Source: Flavobacteriales bacterium
Lineage (GTDB): Bacteria; Bacteroidota; Bacteroidia; CAIKAF01
Direction: 5' to 3'
NCBI GenBank assembly: GCA_022402535.1
Contig: JAKRSD010000022.1
Coordinates: forward strand, 54,779 to 118,778
DNA length: 64,000 nucleotides
Shown: one piece after another, positions 36,478-46,507 of the stretch
How the letters are laid out: every line of letters starts with the position of its first letter
Position numbering within the stretch: the stretch's first letter is position 1
Program-made: the position numbers and the translations under genes
The notes under the pieces: generated by a model
The model's database searches: none
What the model was told of the DNA's origin: nothing
The model's input: the letters and a program-made list of their open reading frames with translations, nothing else

Positions 36478-37953
36478 TTATTTTTTGTTTTCTTTCATTT
36501 TTTCAAAGGCCTCCAAGAGCTTAGGCAGCGCTTCGGCACTCAACCTTCTGCCGATGATGTTTTTATTTTCATCCAACAGATATATCTGGGGCGTACTGGT
36601 TATGTAATAGGTTTTGTGAAGATTCAGGCTTTCAATATCGGTTACGCGCATTTCATAAATGTATTTCTCCGGGTATTTGGCCATATCGGGAAAAACAGCT
36701 CCTTGTAAAAACGTGAGTTTTTTGTCGCGGATGAATTTTTTCCACTCTTCAATTTCGCGTTGGGTGTAAATCCCGAATATCTCCAGTCCTTTCGGTTTCC
36801 ATTCTTCATAAATCGTTTGCAGTTTGGGCAATTCTTTCTGACAATGTCCGCAGGTGGGATCCCAAAATACCAATACCGTATACTTAGCTCTGATATTGGC
36901 CATGTTGATGAAGTTTTGACCGGTGGTGTCAGCCAGGCGAAGGTTAGGCGCTTTCTTACCTAAAATCAAAGGCTCTAAAGAATTTACGTGTTCTTTAATT
37001 TTAGCCAGACTGGCCGAATCGGCCCAAGTCGCTTTTTCTTTGTTGTAATAGTTTTTTCCTATAAAAACGGCAAGATTTTCAGCCCCCATGATTTTACTGG
37101 TATCACCGAATACATAAAGAAAATGAGTCATGTATTTTTTTAACTCAAAGGAATTCTCAGCCTTGTTAAATAAGCGCTGTGCTTCGTTCACCAAGGAATC
37201 GTGTTGGGGAACCACAAACCGTGAAAAATACACTTTCAACTTGTTGTGCAGCACTTCACTATAGGCGAGTTTATTATCCGTAAAATCAAAATTGTCCCAA
37301 AAATGCTGTTTGTAATACCTGCCCGGAAAAAGCGAATCTTTGGTGCCATCCGGATTTAAGGGAGATTCCGGTATTTCGGGCTCACGAAGGCTTTTTAGCA
37401 GTTTGGTAAAAAACAGGTTGGGGTGGTTGTTGATGATATTATCCTGAAGGCCTTTAAGTTCTTTGTCCAACAACTCTAATTCATTTTTATAATACGCTAC
37501 TGAATCTTTTTTTCCTTCTTTTTCGGCCCGGCTCATTCGTTGGTTTGCCGTCGTCATTTTGGTTTGTAGCGGTCCGGCTTTTGTAACAAAATCAAAGAAA
37601 ATGGAGTTCAGTGGAGAGTTGGTGATTTTGGCATTTTTTACAAAATTCAGGGTGTCGGATTCAATCGAGAAGTGCTGGTTTTCATCAATCAGTAATTCGA
37701 AGTATAATTTTGTGGGGGTATAGATGAAAAACACTCCGCCGGATAACGCTTCTTTACCTTCAAATACATACACGCCTTTTTTCTGAATTTTGGCAGTATC
37801 CTTCAGGTATTTTTTATCGGCCAGGGTAAATCCCAGATAGATTTCATCTTCCATGTAATCCTTCAGGGTAACCTTAATGTTATACCCGGTTTTTTGGGCC
37901 ATAATTGAAAAAGGTAAAACCAACAGTAATCCAAAGAGTACAATGTTTTTCAT
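36478..37953 (-). CDS. Exported TlpA-like thioredoxin-fold protein (DUF5106 plus redoxin domain)
   Basis: Signal peptide; YYKQHFWDN; VLVFWDPTCGHC (CxxC); TPQIYLLD. Confidence 0.88.
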   Translation of the reverse strand: MKNIVLFGLLLVLPFSIMAQKTGYNIKVTLKDYMEDEIYLGFTLADKKYLKDTAKIQKKGVYVFEGKEALSGGVFFIYTPTKLYFELLIDENQHFSIESDTLNFVKNAKITNSPLNSIFFDFVTKAGPLQTKMTTANQRMSRAEKEGKKDSVAYYKNELELLDKELKGLQDNIINNHPNLFFTKLLKSLREPEIPESPLNPDGTKDSLFPGRYYKQHFWDNFDFTDNKLAYSEVLHNKLKVYFSRFVVPQHDSLVNEAQRLFNKAENSFELKKYMTHFLYVFGDTSKIMGAENLAVFIGKNYYNKEKATWADSASLAKIKEHVNSLEPLILGKKAPNLRLADTTGQNFINMANIRAKYTVLVFWDPTCGHCQKELPKLQTIYEEWKPKGLEIFGIYTQREIEEWKKFIRDKKLTFLQGAVFPDMAKYPEKYIYEMRVTDIESLNLHKTYYITSTPQIYLLDENKNIIGRRLSAEALPKLLEAFEKMKENKK

Positions 37954-38031
37954 AACTATTTTCCTTGCTTGATTCGCAAATTTAATGAATAGGTGTTGCT
38001 TGAGTCCGGATTAACTTCCATTTAACAGGCT

Positions 38032-39765
38032 TTAAGGCATGATGCGGTAAATGGGATATATTCCTCTGTTGGGGTCAGAATAGGTTGAGTTTTTAAAGAT
38101 GTATTCCAGTCGGTTTTCGGGGGTGTCTAAATCTGAATTTTTTCTAAAAAATTCGTCCATTGATGCCTTAAGTTCCGGTTTTTTCTGAATCAGTTCCAAG
38201 GCTGTTTCTTCAAAAACGTAATCAGAAAAATATTCTTTCTGTTCTAAAACGGAATTAAAAAATCCCCATTGGAAGTAAGAGTCCTTCGAAAGGGGTTCTA
38301 ATACGGAGAGTATAAATTTATCGGATTCTGTTCCGGTTTTTACAAGATAGTCTCCTTCTTTTCCAATGATTTTGCCTTTTTCAGATCTGATTTTGGTTGG
38401 ACTCACTAAGGCTCTTCCTTCGTATAAATAAGGACCATTGAATTCTTCGATAAAATAATACTCGGCATTGAATTCTTTTTCTGTTTCCAGCTCTTCCATA
38501 GCAATGCCGTTTGCTTTCAGCCTGCTGATAATTTCGCCCCAAGCCTGCGGAATTAAATAGGCTTCCGGTTTCTGAACAAAGTTTTTTCCGCGCAGGTAAG
38601 CATAATAGGGAATTGTTTTTTCGAACGGACGGTTACGGTTGTAATACAGTCGTTTAGCGCCGGTAATATCACTGGTTTTATATTCGGCTTCATACCCTTT
38701 AAAGAGCAGGTTTTCCTGGCGCGATAAGTCTGTTTCGTGATTCAGGTAAAATCCTTCGGAATTTTGGATGGAAAATAAAGCCTGTTTTTTCAGCGCAAAC
38801 ACTTTGTCATAATTCTCAGACAGTTCTTTAAATAAAATCGTTATGAATGCTTTGGTAGCTTTCACCCTGTCGGGAAAGGGTTTAAGCATATGGGTTTCCG
38901 TGGTGAAACCGATAGTGCCGAAAAGCGATGCATATCCGATAGTGTATCGGGGTGTGTCGTTAAAAGCAACAATTCCGGAATCGGGAATATCTTTTTTTAG
39001 CGAAACATAAGGTGCCATTTCATATCCTGAAACCTTCATGTTTTCAAATAATTTTGGTAATAACTGATTTCTCAGATAAATTTTTTGGGGTTCTTCTAAT
39101 TTATCCGGCGCCGTTGGAATCAGTGTCATCACATAGCGATAATCAGCGCCATTACTCACATGCGTATCAATAAAAAATTCAGGTTTCCAATCCTGAAAAA
39201 TTTTGGTGAGCACCTCCATGTTTTTACTGTCGGCCTTGATACAATCACGGTTTAAATCCAGATTTCGGGCATTGGCCCTGAAACCCGACTCTTCCGGTCC
39301 GTTTTGATTTACCCGGGTATTTCCCCGGATAAGCATCCCGTCCACATTGTATACCGGCATAATGATTACCGTTACTTTGGAAAGTAAATTCTGGTATTCC
39401 TTATCTTTCAATAAATCTTCGGCAAATTCCACGGAAGCATCAATTCCGTCGGGTTCGCCCGGATGGATTCCGTTGAGGATAAATAATGTTTTTTTACCTC
39501 TTTTTTGTGCCTCCACTGGAGAAAATTCGGTGTTGGCATCAATCACAAACAGGTGAATGGGGTTCCCTCCGTCAGTATATCCATAGGTGAGCAGCCTGCC
39601 AAACGTATATTTAGTTTCAAGAGCTTTATAGGTGGTAATAAGTTCTTCGTGGGTATAAGTCTGATTAAACAAATATTTTTTGGGTACAATTTGCCCGTTC
39701 AGCGTTTGTACAGTTTGTAGAACTACAAAAAACAACAGTATTTTTATGGATAATTTAATATTCAT
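38032..39765 (-). CDS. M14 family zinc carboxypeptidase
   Basis: NGIHPGE (HxxE), DLNRD, FIDTHVSNG, FTTETH. Confidence 0.88.
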   Translation of the reverse strand: MNIKLSIKILLFFVVLQTVQTLNGQIVPKKYLFNQTYTHEELITTYKALETKYTFGRLLTYGYTDGGNPIHLFVIDANTEFSPVEAQKRGKKTLFILNGIHPGEPDGIDASVEFAEDLLKDKEYQNLLSKVTVIIMPVYNVDGMLIRGNTRVNQNGPEESGFRANARNLDLNRDCIKADSKNMEVLTKIFQDWKPEFFIDTHVSNGADYRYVMTLIPTAPDKLEEPQKIYLRNQLLPKLFENMKVSGYEMAPYVSLKKDIPDSGIVAFNDTPRYTIGYASLFGTIGFTTETHMLKPFPDRVKATKAFITILFKELSENYDKVFALKKQALFSIQNSEGFYLNHETDLSRQENLLFKGYEAEYKTSDITGAKRLYYNRNRPFEKTIPYYAYLRGKNFVQKPEAYLIPQAWGEIISRLKANGIAMEELETEKEFNAEYYFIEEFNGPYLYEGRALVSPTKIRSEKGKIIGKEGDYLVKTGTESDKFILSVLEPLSKDSYFQWGFFNSVLEQKEYFSDYVFEETALELIQKKPELKASMDEFFRKNSDLDTPENRLEYIFKNSTYSDPNRGIYPIYRIMP

Positions 39766-39828
39766 GTTGACTCAATTCAACCGGGCAGCAAAATTATAAT
39801 CTATTTTAACCGAGTAAAAGTAAACTAT

Positions 39829-40386
39829 ATGAAAAGCCTACCGGAGCCGGTAAAAGTAACGGAAAATCTTCAATTTAGTATGATGAAGCCCCAAGATGCT
39901 GAATCTATGGCGCTTTTGGCAGATGATTACACGATTTGGATTAATTCCAGAGGTTCTATGCCTTATCCTTACACTTATTTTGATGCACTTGACTTTATCC
40001 AACAGGTGCAGCAAGATAGCCGAAACCGGGTAATGGGCTTGTATGAAGGAAATCACATCATCGGAATATTTTCGCTTTTCCCGGGAACAGATGTGTACCG
40101 GTTAACCGCAGAAGTAGGCTACTGGATTGGAGCGCCTTACCGAAACAAAGGAATTGCTTCGCTTGCGCTGAAAAAATGGTGCGAAGCCGCTTTTGCCGAT
40201 TACGGATTTATAAAATTGAAAGCTTCTGTTTTTGAAGGGAATATTGCTTCTTCGCGGGTGCTCGAAAAGTGCGGATTTGCCAGAGAGGCCGTACTTCAGA
40301 AAGATGTTTTTAAAAACGGAAAACAGTTGGATGAATGGCGTTATGCATTATTCAATCCTGAGGGTAAGATTAATCAAATCACATAA
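39829..40386 (+). CDS. RimJ/RimL family GNAT acetyltransferase
   Basis: AEVGYWIG, NKGIAS, NIASSRVLEKCGFAREA. Confidence 0.9.
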   Translation: MKSLPEPVKVTENLQFSMMKPQDAESMALLADDYTIWINSRGSMPYPYTYFDALDFIQQVQQDSRNRVMGLYEGNHIIGIFSLFPGTDVYRLTAEVGYWIGAPYRNKGIASLALKKWCEAAFADYGFIKLKASVFEGNIASSRVLEKCGFAREAVLQKDVFKNGKQLDEWRYALFNPEGKINQIT

Positions 40387-40430
40387 AAAATTTGTAAACT
40401 TGATTCGGATACATTGCTAAAGAATTAACC

Positions 40431-40811
40431 ATGGACTCAAGAAAATGTACGGAATGCGGCGAGGTGCTGATTGGCAGAGCCGATAAAAAATTTTGTTCGG
40501 ATATGTGCCGCAATGCATTTAATAACAGGCAAAGCGGAGAGGTGTCGAATTCGATGCGCAGAGTGATTTTGGCGCTGAAAAAAAATCGCAGAATTTTGGC
40601 TGGGTTCATAGAGTCCGACAAAAAGAAAATAACCAAGAAAACCCTGCTCGAAACGGGTTATGATTTTAACAGAGTAACCCATTTTTATATCAATAAGAAA
40701 AATCAGGTGTATCGTTTTTGCTTTGATTACGGCTTTGTGGAATTTGAAGACGGCTGGCTGTTTCTGGTTTCAGATAAAGTAAATGCCGAGAGCGGAACGG
40801 CCTCAGAATAG
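40431..40811 (+). CDS. Zn-ribbon hypothetical protein (DUF2116-like)
   Basis: CTECG...GRADKKFCSDMCRNAFNN; YRFCFDYG. Confidence 0.8.
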   Translation: MDSRKCTECGEVLIGRADKKFCSDMCRNAFNNRQSGEVSNSMRRVILALKKNRRILAGFIESDKKKITKKTLLETGYDFNRVTHFYINKKNQVYRFCFDYGFVEFEDGWLFLVSDKVNAESGTASE

Positions 40812-40869
40812 TTTTTCTCTTCATAAATCCACGTTTCCGCTAATTTCTTACTTCCTTTGCCCACAATAC

Positions 40870-41742
40870 ATGAGCAATCCCATTCATATCAAACTGGGCG
40901 GAGTGCCCGAACATTTCAATTTACTTTGGGAACTTGACGAGTGCCGGCAGGTTTTTACGGAACTGGGAATTGAGTATCAGTTTTATGAGTTTCCCGGGGG
41001 CACGGGTGCCATGTCTGAAGCCGTTAAATCCGGTTTTTTGGATGGCGCTTTAATTCTTACGGAAGGTGCCGTAACCGAAATTTCCAGAGGGGCAAATTAT
41101 AAAATTGTATGTCCTTTTGTGGAATCGCCTTTGTTTTGGGGTATTTTTTCCTCCGCATACGGCCCTGTTATGAATACGGAAGGACTGGATAAACGGGTGT
41201 TTGCCATCAGCCGTTTTAACTCAGGAAGCCATTTGATGGCGCAGTATTTAGCGTTTAAAGCAGGCGTAAAACTCACAACAGATAATTTTTACCCGGCCAA
41301 CGATTTGCAAGGCGCCCGAAAAGCTTTAAAAGAAGGAAAAGCCGATTTATTTCTGTGGGAAAAATTTATGACCCGTCCCTTAGTTACGGCGGGCGAATTC
41401 AGGCAGGTAGGCGAAGTGTCTCCGCCCTGGGGGAGTTTTGTGGCGGTTCTTTCTGAAAAAACCGTTGAAAGTTATCCCCATCTTCCTTCCTTGCTCTGTA
41501 AAGGGATCAGCAGGGCAGGAGAGCGGTTCAAAAAAATGCATGGAATTCCCGATAAAATTGTAGCCCGCTATGGCATTTCAAAAGAAGATGCTCATGATTG
41601 GTACGGTCAGGTGGTTTATTTTAGCGGCGGAGAACTTTATAAAGAAAAGTTGGTTAATTCTGCAAAGCTGTTACATCAGTTTAACATCAGCGATAGAGTG
41701 CCCCGGGAAGAAGAATTGTTGTTTGGATCAGGTGAAATATGA
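40870..41742 (+). CDS. Type-2 periplasmic-binding-fold protein (THI5/SsuA, Ca3427-like) without signal peptide
   Basis: GGVPEHFN, PGGTGAM, LTEG, ISRFNSGSHLMA, FLWEKFMT; ATG at 40870. Confidence 0.8.
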   Translation: MSNPIHIKLGGVPEHFNLLWELDECRQVFTELGIEYQFYEFPGGTGAMSEAVKSGFLDGALILTEGAVTEISRGANYKIVCPFVESPLFWGIFSSAYGPVMNTEGLDKRVFAISRFNSGSHLMAQYLAFKAGVKLTTDNFYPANDLQGARKALKEGKADLFLWEKFMTRPLVTAGEFRQVGEVSPPWGSFVAVLSEKTVESYPHLPSLLCKGISRAGERFKKMHGIPDKIVARYGISKEDAHDWYGQVVYFSGGELYKEKLVNSAKLLHQFNISDRVPREEELLFGSGEI

Positions 41743-42644
41743 TTAAAATCGGAATAATAGGGGCGGGAGGTACCGCAGGAAAATTCATTAGCCGGTATCT
41801 TGCGGCCCAACATAAATTTGAACTGGTTCGTTTTACCCGAAAACGAGACAAAACTGACGTTTCCGAGTTTTTTGTTTTTGATTTTAAGTCCGAAAACTGG
41901 GCCGATTTAGGGCGTTTTGATGTTATTATTAATTGTGCGGGAATCATTCGCGAAAGCCGTTATGATGACTTTTACCACGTGCATGTAGAGTTGGTGAAAA
42001 CCCTTCTGGCAAACCGTGTACGATTAGGTAATCCGCGCATCATCCACATTTCGGCTCTGGGTGCCGATAAAAACCATTCCATCGATTTCCTGCGCACCAA
42101 AGGTATCGCCGACGATTTGTTGTTGGCCAATCCGGATACTTACGTACTCCGGCCCTCCATTCTTTGCCTTCCGGAGAATATTTTGGTTCAAAAATTCAAA
42201 TGGCTGGTGTTTATGACCCGCCTCATGGCTAACCGTCCCATTGTCCCCTCCGGGTTTTTAGAAACGGTAATTCAGCCTGTGATGGGCGAAGATCTGGCCG
42301 AAAGTGTGTACAGGCTTTGCGAAAATCCATATACAGAAAGAGAAATTCCGATAGTGGGTAAAGACCCGCTCAGCTTTAAAAAACTGTTGGAAATTACCGT
42401 GGGCATAGAAAAGAAAAAGATTTTCCCTATCGAAATTCCCAAAAAAATGGTGGAACCGGTCACCAAAAATTTCATTTCGGTCTGGTTTCCCGAACTCATC
42501 AATACCGACCAGTTTAATTTACTGTTTAAGGATAACGTGGCGGAACCCGATGTGATGGAAAAACTCATTGGCCGCGAATCTGCCTCAACCCTTCAATTTT
42601 GGAAAGAAGAGTTCCGAAGAATTACGCTGAATGATTTAATCTGA
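41739..42644 (+). CDS. NAD(P)-binding epimerase/dehydratase-like protein (NDUFA9-like atypical SDR)
   Basis: GIIGAGGTAG Rossmann motif, VIINCAGI, IHISALG, FLRTK, LRPS. Confidence 0.82.
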   Translation: MIKIGIIGAGGTAGKFISRYLAAQHKFELVRFTRKRDKTDVSEFFVFDFKSENWADLGRFDVIINCAGIIRESRYDDFYHVHVELVKTLLANRVRLGNPRIIHISALGADKNHSIDFLRTKGIADDLLLANPDTYVLRPSILCLPENILVQKFKWLVFMTRLMANRPIVPSGFLETVIQPVMGEDLAESVYRLCENPYTEREIPIVGKDPLSFKKLLEITVGIEKKKIFPIEIPKKMVEPVTKNFISVWFPELINTDQFNLLFKDNVAEPDVMEKLIGRESASTLQFWKEEFRRITLNDLI

Positions 42645-42645
42645 T

Positions 42646-43719
42646 TTATTTTTTCGCACCCGCAACCGCCGCAGGTTTTCTGAACCAACCGATTCCTTCG
42701 CTGCCGATTCCCACAATGGATTGAATATTGAGCGGAAATTCTAAGAATACATGCAGCATACTCAGGAAAAATAAGGCAAACAGCCCGGTGCGGTAATCAT
42801 ACAAGTACAAGCCGATTGAAGCCACCCAGACAACAGCCGTTATAATCAGCCATAAACGGGGCACCTGATGCCATTTAATCACTTCCGTTTTGCTGAACCA
42901 GTTCAGATAATGATAGGTGTAAGAAAAGGCTATAAATGCCTGAATTTTAAGTGCAAACTTGGTGTTAAGAAAAAATGTGGATTCTCTTCCGGGGGCTAAA
43001 ATTTCCCATAAACTTTTGTTCAATGTGCCAAAACCGCTTTTCTGAAAGGCCGTCAGCACATAATCGGTGATGATATATTTTTTCGGATCAAAGTGGAATT
43101 GAAAAATGACAAACACGATGAGCAGAAAAAAGCCAAAAGAAAGATACCCGCTGAATCTTTTACTTTTCATGGCGCCATAAAGCATAAAAAGTGCGGTAAA
43201 TACGCAAACGTGAATGATGGTGGGCAATAACACGGCAAACCAGGTTTCAAAGGACTTCAATTCAGCCAGAAATATAACAGGCAATATCATGAGTGTCATC
43301 AGTCCGTAACGCAGGTATGGGTTCTTTATCAAAACCATAAAAATAGCAGTACTGAAAGCTATGAATATAAATCCGGTGCTGTATGTTGAAAAGAAATCTC
43401 CAACGGGAGCCAAAGTGCCTGTAGAAAAGCTTTCGGCCATAGGTTTGAGCGGTTCCCAGTTTCCGGCCAGCGAAATGCCCAATCCGATAGTGATAAGCAC
43501 ACACAAAATGGCGGGTATTATCACATCTTTTTTGTTCAGCGAGAAATAATTGCGCTGATGCAGCCAGCCTATTTCAGTCATATAGTGCAAGGGGCCTAAT
43601 ACGGCATAGGCAAACAAAAACAGCTCAAATGGAAAGGTAACGGCTAACACCGCCGAAAGCACCATCAAACCGATGTTTACATAATTGATTCTGTCTAAAC
43701 TGGATGCGGATTGGGCCAT
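42646..43719 (-). CDS. Hypothetical polytopic membrane protein with His motifs
   Basis: About 9 TM segments; GPLHYxTEIGWLH, IHVCVFT, YHYLNWF, LHVFLEFPLN. Confidence 0.8.
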   Translation of the reverse strand: MAQSASSLDRINYVNIGLMVLSAVLAVTFPFELFLFAYAVLGPLHYMTEIGWLHQRNYFSLNKKDVIIPAILCVLITIGLGISLAGNWEPLKPMAESFSTGTLAPVGDFFSTYSTGFIFIAFSTAIFMVLIKNPYLRYGLMTLMILPVIFLAELKSFETWFAVLLPTIIHVCVFTALFMLYGAMKSKRFSGYLSFGFFLLIVFVIFQFHFDPKKYIITDYVLTAFQKSGFGTLNKSLWEILAPGRESTFFLNTKFALKIQAFIAFSYTYHYLNWFSKTEVIKWHQVPRLWLIITAVVWVASIGLYLYDYRTGLFALFFLSMLHVFLEFPLNIQSIVGIGSEGIGWFRKPAAVAGAKK

Positions 43720-43725
43720 ACTTGT

Positions 43726-44514
43726 TTAAAAGATTCGTTTTACAATGCGGAGTTTATGGGTATAACGTCCTTCTTTTAAATCAAAAATTCCTTCATGATC
43801 TAATTTCCCGATTTTTACTTTGGAAGAAGCGTGAATGATAAGCCCTTCGTCCAGCACAATCCCCACATGCACAATGCGGCCTTCGGCATTTTCAAAAAAA
43901 GCCAGATCGCCGGCTTTGGCCTCAGAAACAAAAGGAACCGTAGTGCCCAGTTCTGCCTGTTGATAGGAATCTCTGGGCAGTTTTATTCCCACATATTTAT
44001 ACACCACCTGCGTAAATCCGGAACAATCAATACCAAAAGGCGAACGGCCGCCCCATAGATAGGGGGCATTCATATAGGTCATGGCAAAATCGGTAAGTGC
44101 ATCGGGCAGGGTTTTGGTACGGTTGGGAATTTCATCCTGTTCAAAGTGAAATTCGTCGCCGGCAATGCTGAACGAATGGTTTTCCGCCGGAATTAATGAA
44201 CTCCCTCTGAGAATAGGATAAACAATTCCGGTTCTGCGGTTTTCTATTTTGGTAATCAGTCTGTGGGTAATCAGATTGGCTTCCCGGTTCCAACGCGAAA
44301 AATCGGCTTCCGAAATTTCGGTGTGAAGTCCTCTGTCTATCCAGCATTCATAGGCATCATAAGTACATTTAACCATAACCCAGTTTTTGGATGATGTATC
44401 ATCCAACACTTCGTAGGTTTCTCCGAAAAGAAAATGGGTAACCATTTCGCTTTTGTCGGAGTCTATTGCCCTGCCGGGAATATTGCTTACGAGACAAATA
44501 CCGTATTTACTCAT
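43726..44514 (-). CDS. NlpC/P60 (C40) peptidase with N-terminal SH3-like domain
   Basis: PYLWGGRSPFGIDCSG, RDSYQQ, GDLAFF, HVGIV, IIHAS. Confidence 0.93.
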   Translation of the reverse strand: MSKYGICLVSNIPGRAIDSDKSEMVTHFLFGETYEVLDDTSSKNWVMVKCTYDAYECWIDRGLHTEISEADFSRWNREANLITHRLITKIENRRTGIVYPILRGSSLIPAENHSFSIAGDEFHFEQDEIPNRTKTLPDALTDFAMTYMNAPYLWGGRSPFGIDCSGFTQVVYKYVGIKLPRDSYQQAELGTTVPFVSEAKAGDLAFFENAEGRIVHVGIVLDEGLIIHASSKVKIGKLDHEGIFDLKEGRYTHKLRIVKRIF

Positions 44515-44519
44515 ATCTG

Positions 44520-44546
44520 AAAAAAAAGAGCCGAAAAATTCGGCTC
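44520..44546 (-). terminator. Terminator after the thiolase gene
   Basis: GAGCCGA-atttt-TCGGCTC followed by T8 on the minus strand. Confidence 0.7.
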
Positions 44547-44552
44547 AGTAAT

Positions 44553-45734
44553 TTATTGCATGTTTTCGATAACCAGTGCAGAAGCACCTCCGCCTCCGTT
44601 ACAAATTCCGCACACTCCGTAGCGTCCGTTGTTTTGTTTGAGCACATGAATGAGTGTAACCAAAATACGTGCTCCTGAGCATCCCAGCGGGTGCCCCAGA
44701 GAAACAGCGCCTCCGTTTACATTCACTTTGGCATCATCCAGTTTTAATTCTTTGTTATTGGCAATGGCCACCACGGAAAAGGCCTCATTAATTTCAAAGA
44801 AATCAATTTGATCTAAGGTTAAACCTGCTTTTGAAACAGCGGATGGAATTGCTTTTGCCGGAGCCGTGGTAAACCATTCGGGAGCCTGTTCGGCATCGGC
44901 GTATGAAATAATACGGGCCAACGGTTTAAGCCCCAATGCTTCTGCTTTAGCTTTGCTCATGAGCACTAATGCGGCGGCACCATCATTTAGCGTGGATGCA
45001 TTGGCTGCAGTTACCGTTCCTTCTTTTTGAAAAACAGGATTCAGCTGGGGGATTTTATCAAATTTCACATTGTTATATTCCTCATCATGGTTAATCACAA
45101 TCGGATCTCCTTTACGCTGAGGAACTTCAACGGGAACAATTTCGTCGTTAAAACGGCCTTCTGCCCATGCTTTTTGCGAACGTTTGTAACTTTCAATAGC
45201 GTAGGCATCCTGCTCTTCGCGGCTGATATTACACTCTTTTGCGCACAATTCGGCTGCATTTCCCATGTGGTAATTATGATACACGTCGGTTAATCCGTCT
45301 TTTACGAGTCCGTCAACCACAACACCGTTTCCGAGGCGGTAGCCGTTACGGGCTGATTCGAGATAATAAGGAACCTGGGTCATATTTTCCATGCCGCCCA
45401 CTACTACGGCTTCATGGTCGCCCAGCATCACGGATTGCGCTCCGTACACTACGGCTTTCAATCCGGATGCACATACTTTATTGATGGTCGTACATTGTGT
45501 TTCGTTGGCCAATCCGGCAAACTTTGCAGCCTGACGGGCAGGTGCCTGTCCCACACCCGCAGAAAGCACATTACCCATAATTACTTCAGTAATCGTAGAA
45601 GGGTCAAGGCTGATTTTATTTAAGGCTCCTTTGATGGCTGCCGCTCCCAGGCGGGTAGCACTAACTCCTGAAAATTGTCCGTTGAAACTTCCGATTGCCG
45701 TACGTGCGGCGCTTACAATATACACTTCGTTCAT
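44553..45734 (-). CDS. Acetyl-CoA C-acetyltransferase (thiolase)
   Basis: INKVCASG, EINEAF, GHPLGCSG, CNGGGG. Confidence 0.96.
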   Translation of the reverse strand: MNEVYIVSAARTAIGSFNGQFSGVSATRLGAAAIKGALNKISLDPSTITEVIMGNVLSAGVGQAPARQAAKFAGLANETQCTTINKVCASGLKAVVYGAQSVMLGDHEAVVVGGMENMTQVPYYLESARNGYRLGNGVVVDGLVKDGLTDVYHNYHMGNAAELCAKECNISREEQDAYAIESYKRSQKAWAEGRFNDEIVPVEVPQRKGDPIVINHDEEYNNVKFDKIPQLNPVFQKEGTVTAANASTLNDGAAALVLMSKAKAEALGLKPLARIISYADAEQAPEWFTTAPAKAIPSAVSKAGLTLDQIDFFEINEAFSVVAIANNKELKLDDAKVNVNGGAVSLGHPLGCSGARILVTLIHVLKQNNGRYGVCGICNGGGGASALVIENMQ

Positions 45735-45806
45735 CTTGCTATCTTTTATGTTTAATAATTGGCTGCGAAAATACTAATTTGAAAGAGAAAAACTTGGGAT
45801 GATAGA

Positions 45807-46451
45807 TCATGGATTCAGGCGGGTGATTTCCCATGATTTATCGGCTTTGGGCGTAAAACGGAACCGGTCGTGCAGTCGGCTCGGTCTTCCCTGCCAAAAT
45901 TCAAACGAAACGGGAACAATTCTGAATCCACCCCAAAAAGGCGGCTTTTCCACATCTTTTCCTTTGAACTTGGTTTCGATTTCTTTTATTTTTTGTTCTA
46001 ATTCTTCCCGACTCGAAATAGGTGTACTCTGATCGGAAGCCCATGCCCCGATTTGACTTGCACGGGGTCTGGATTTAAAATAATCCATGCTTTCCAGGGT
46101 GCTGATTTTTTCGGCTCTGCCCTGAATACGAATCTGGCGCTCCACATCGGTCCAAAAAAAGTTCATGCACACAAACGGATTTTCAGCAATGTCCTGCGCT
46201 TTATCACTGGTATAATTGGTGTAAAAATAAAATCCTTTATAATCGAAATTGCGGAGTAAAACAATCCGCGAAGAAGGAATTCCTTCTTTTGAAACTGTGG
46301 ACAAAGTGAAAGCATTGGGTTCTATTACCTCTGCATTGGCGGCTTCGGTAAACCATTTTTCAAATTGTTTGTAAGGGTCGGGATTCAGGTCCTTTTCGCT
46401 AAGACCCATTTTTCCGTAATCTTTCCTCAGTTTCGATAAAAACTCTTTCAT
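45807..46451 (-). CDS. pdxH: Pyridoxamine 5'-phosphate oxidase
   Basis: PSSRIVLLR, FYTNYTSDK, YFKSRPRASQIGAWAS, EFWQGRPSRLHDR. Confidence 0.96.
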   Translation of the reverse strand: MKEFLSKLRKDYGKMGLSEKDLNPDPYKQFEKWFTEAANAEVIEPNAFTLSTVSKEGIPSSRIVLLRNFDYKGFYFYTNYTSDKAQDIAENPFVCMNFFWTDVERQIRIQGRAEKISTLESMDYFKSRPRASQIGAWASDQSTPISSREELEQKIKEIETKFKGKDVEKPPFWGGFRIVPVSFEFWQGRPSRLHDRFRFTPKADKSWEITRLNP

Positions 46452-46507
46452 CTCAATTTTTTTTCAAAATTAAACAGAACCCGCGGTATTACATAAAGAT
46501 TTTGCAG

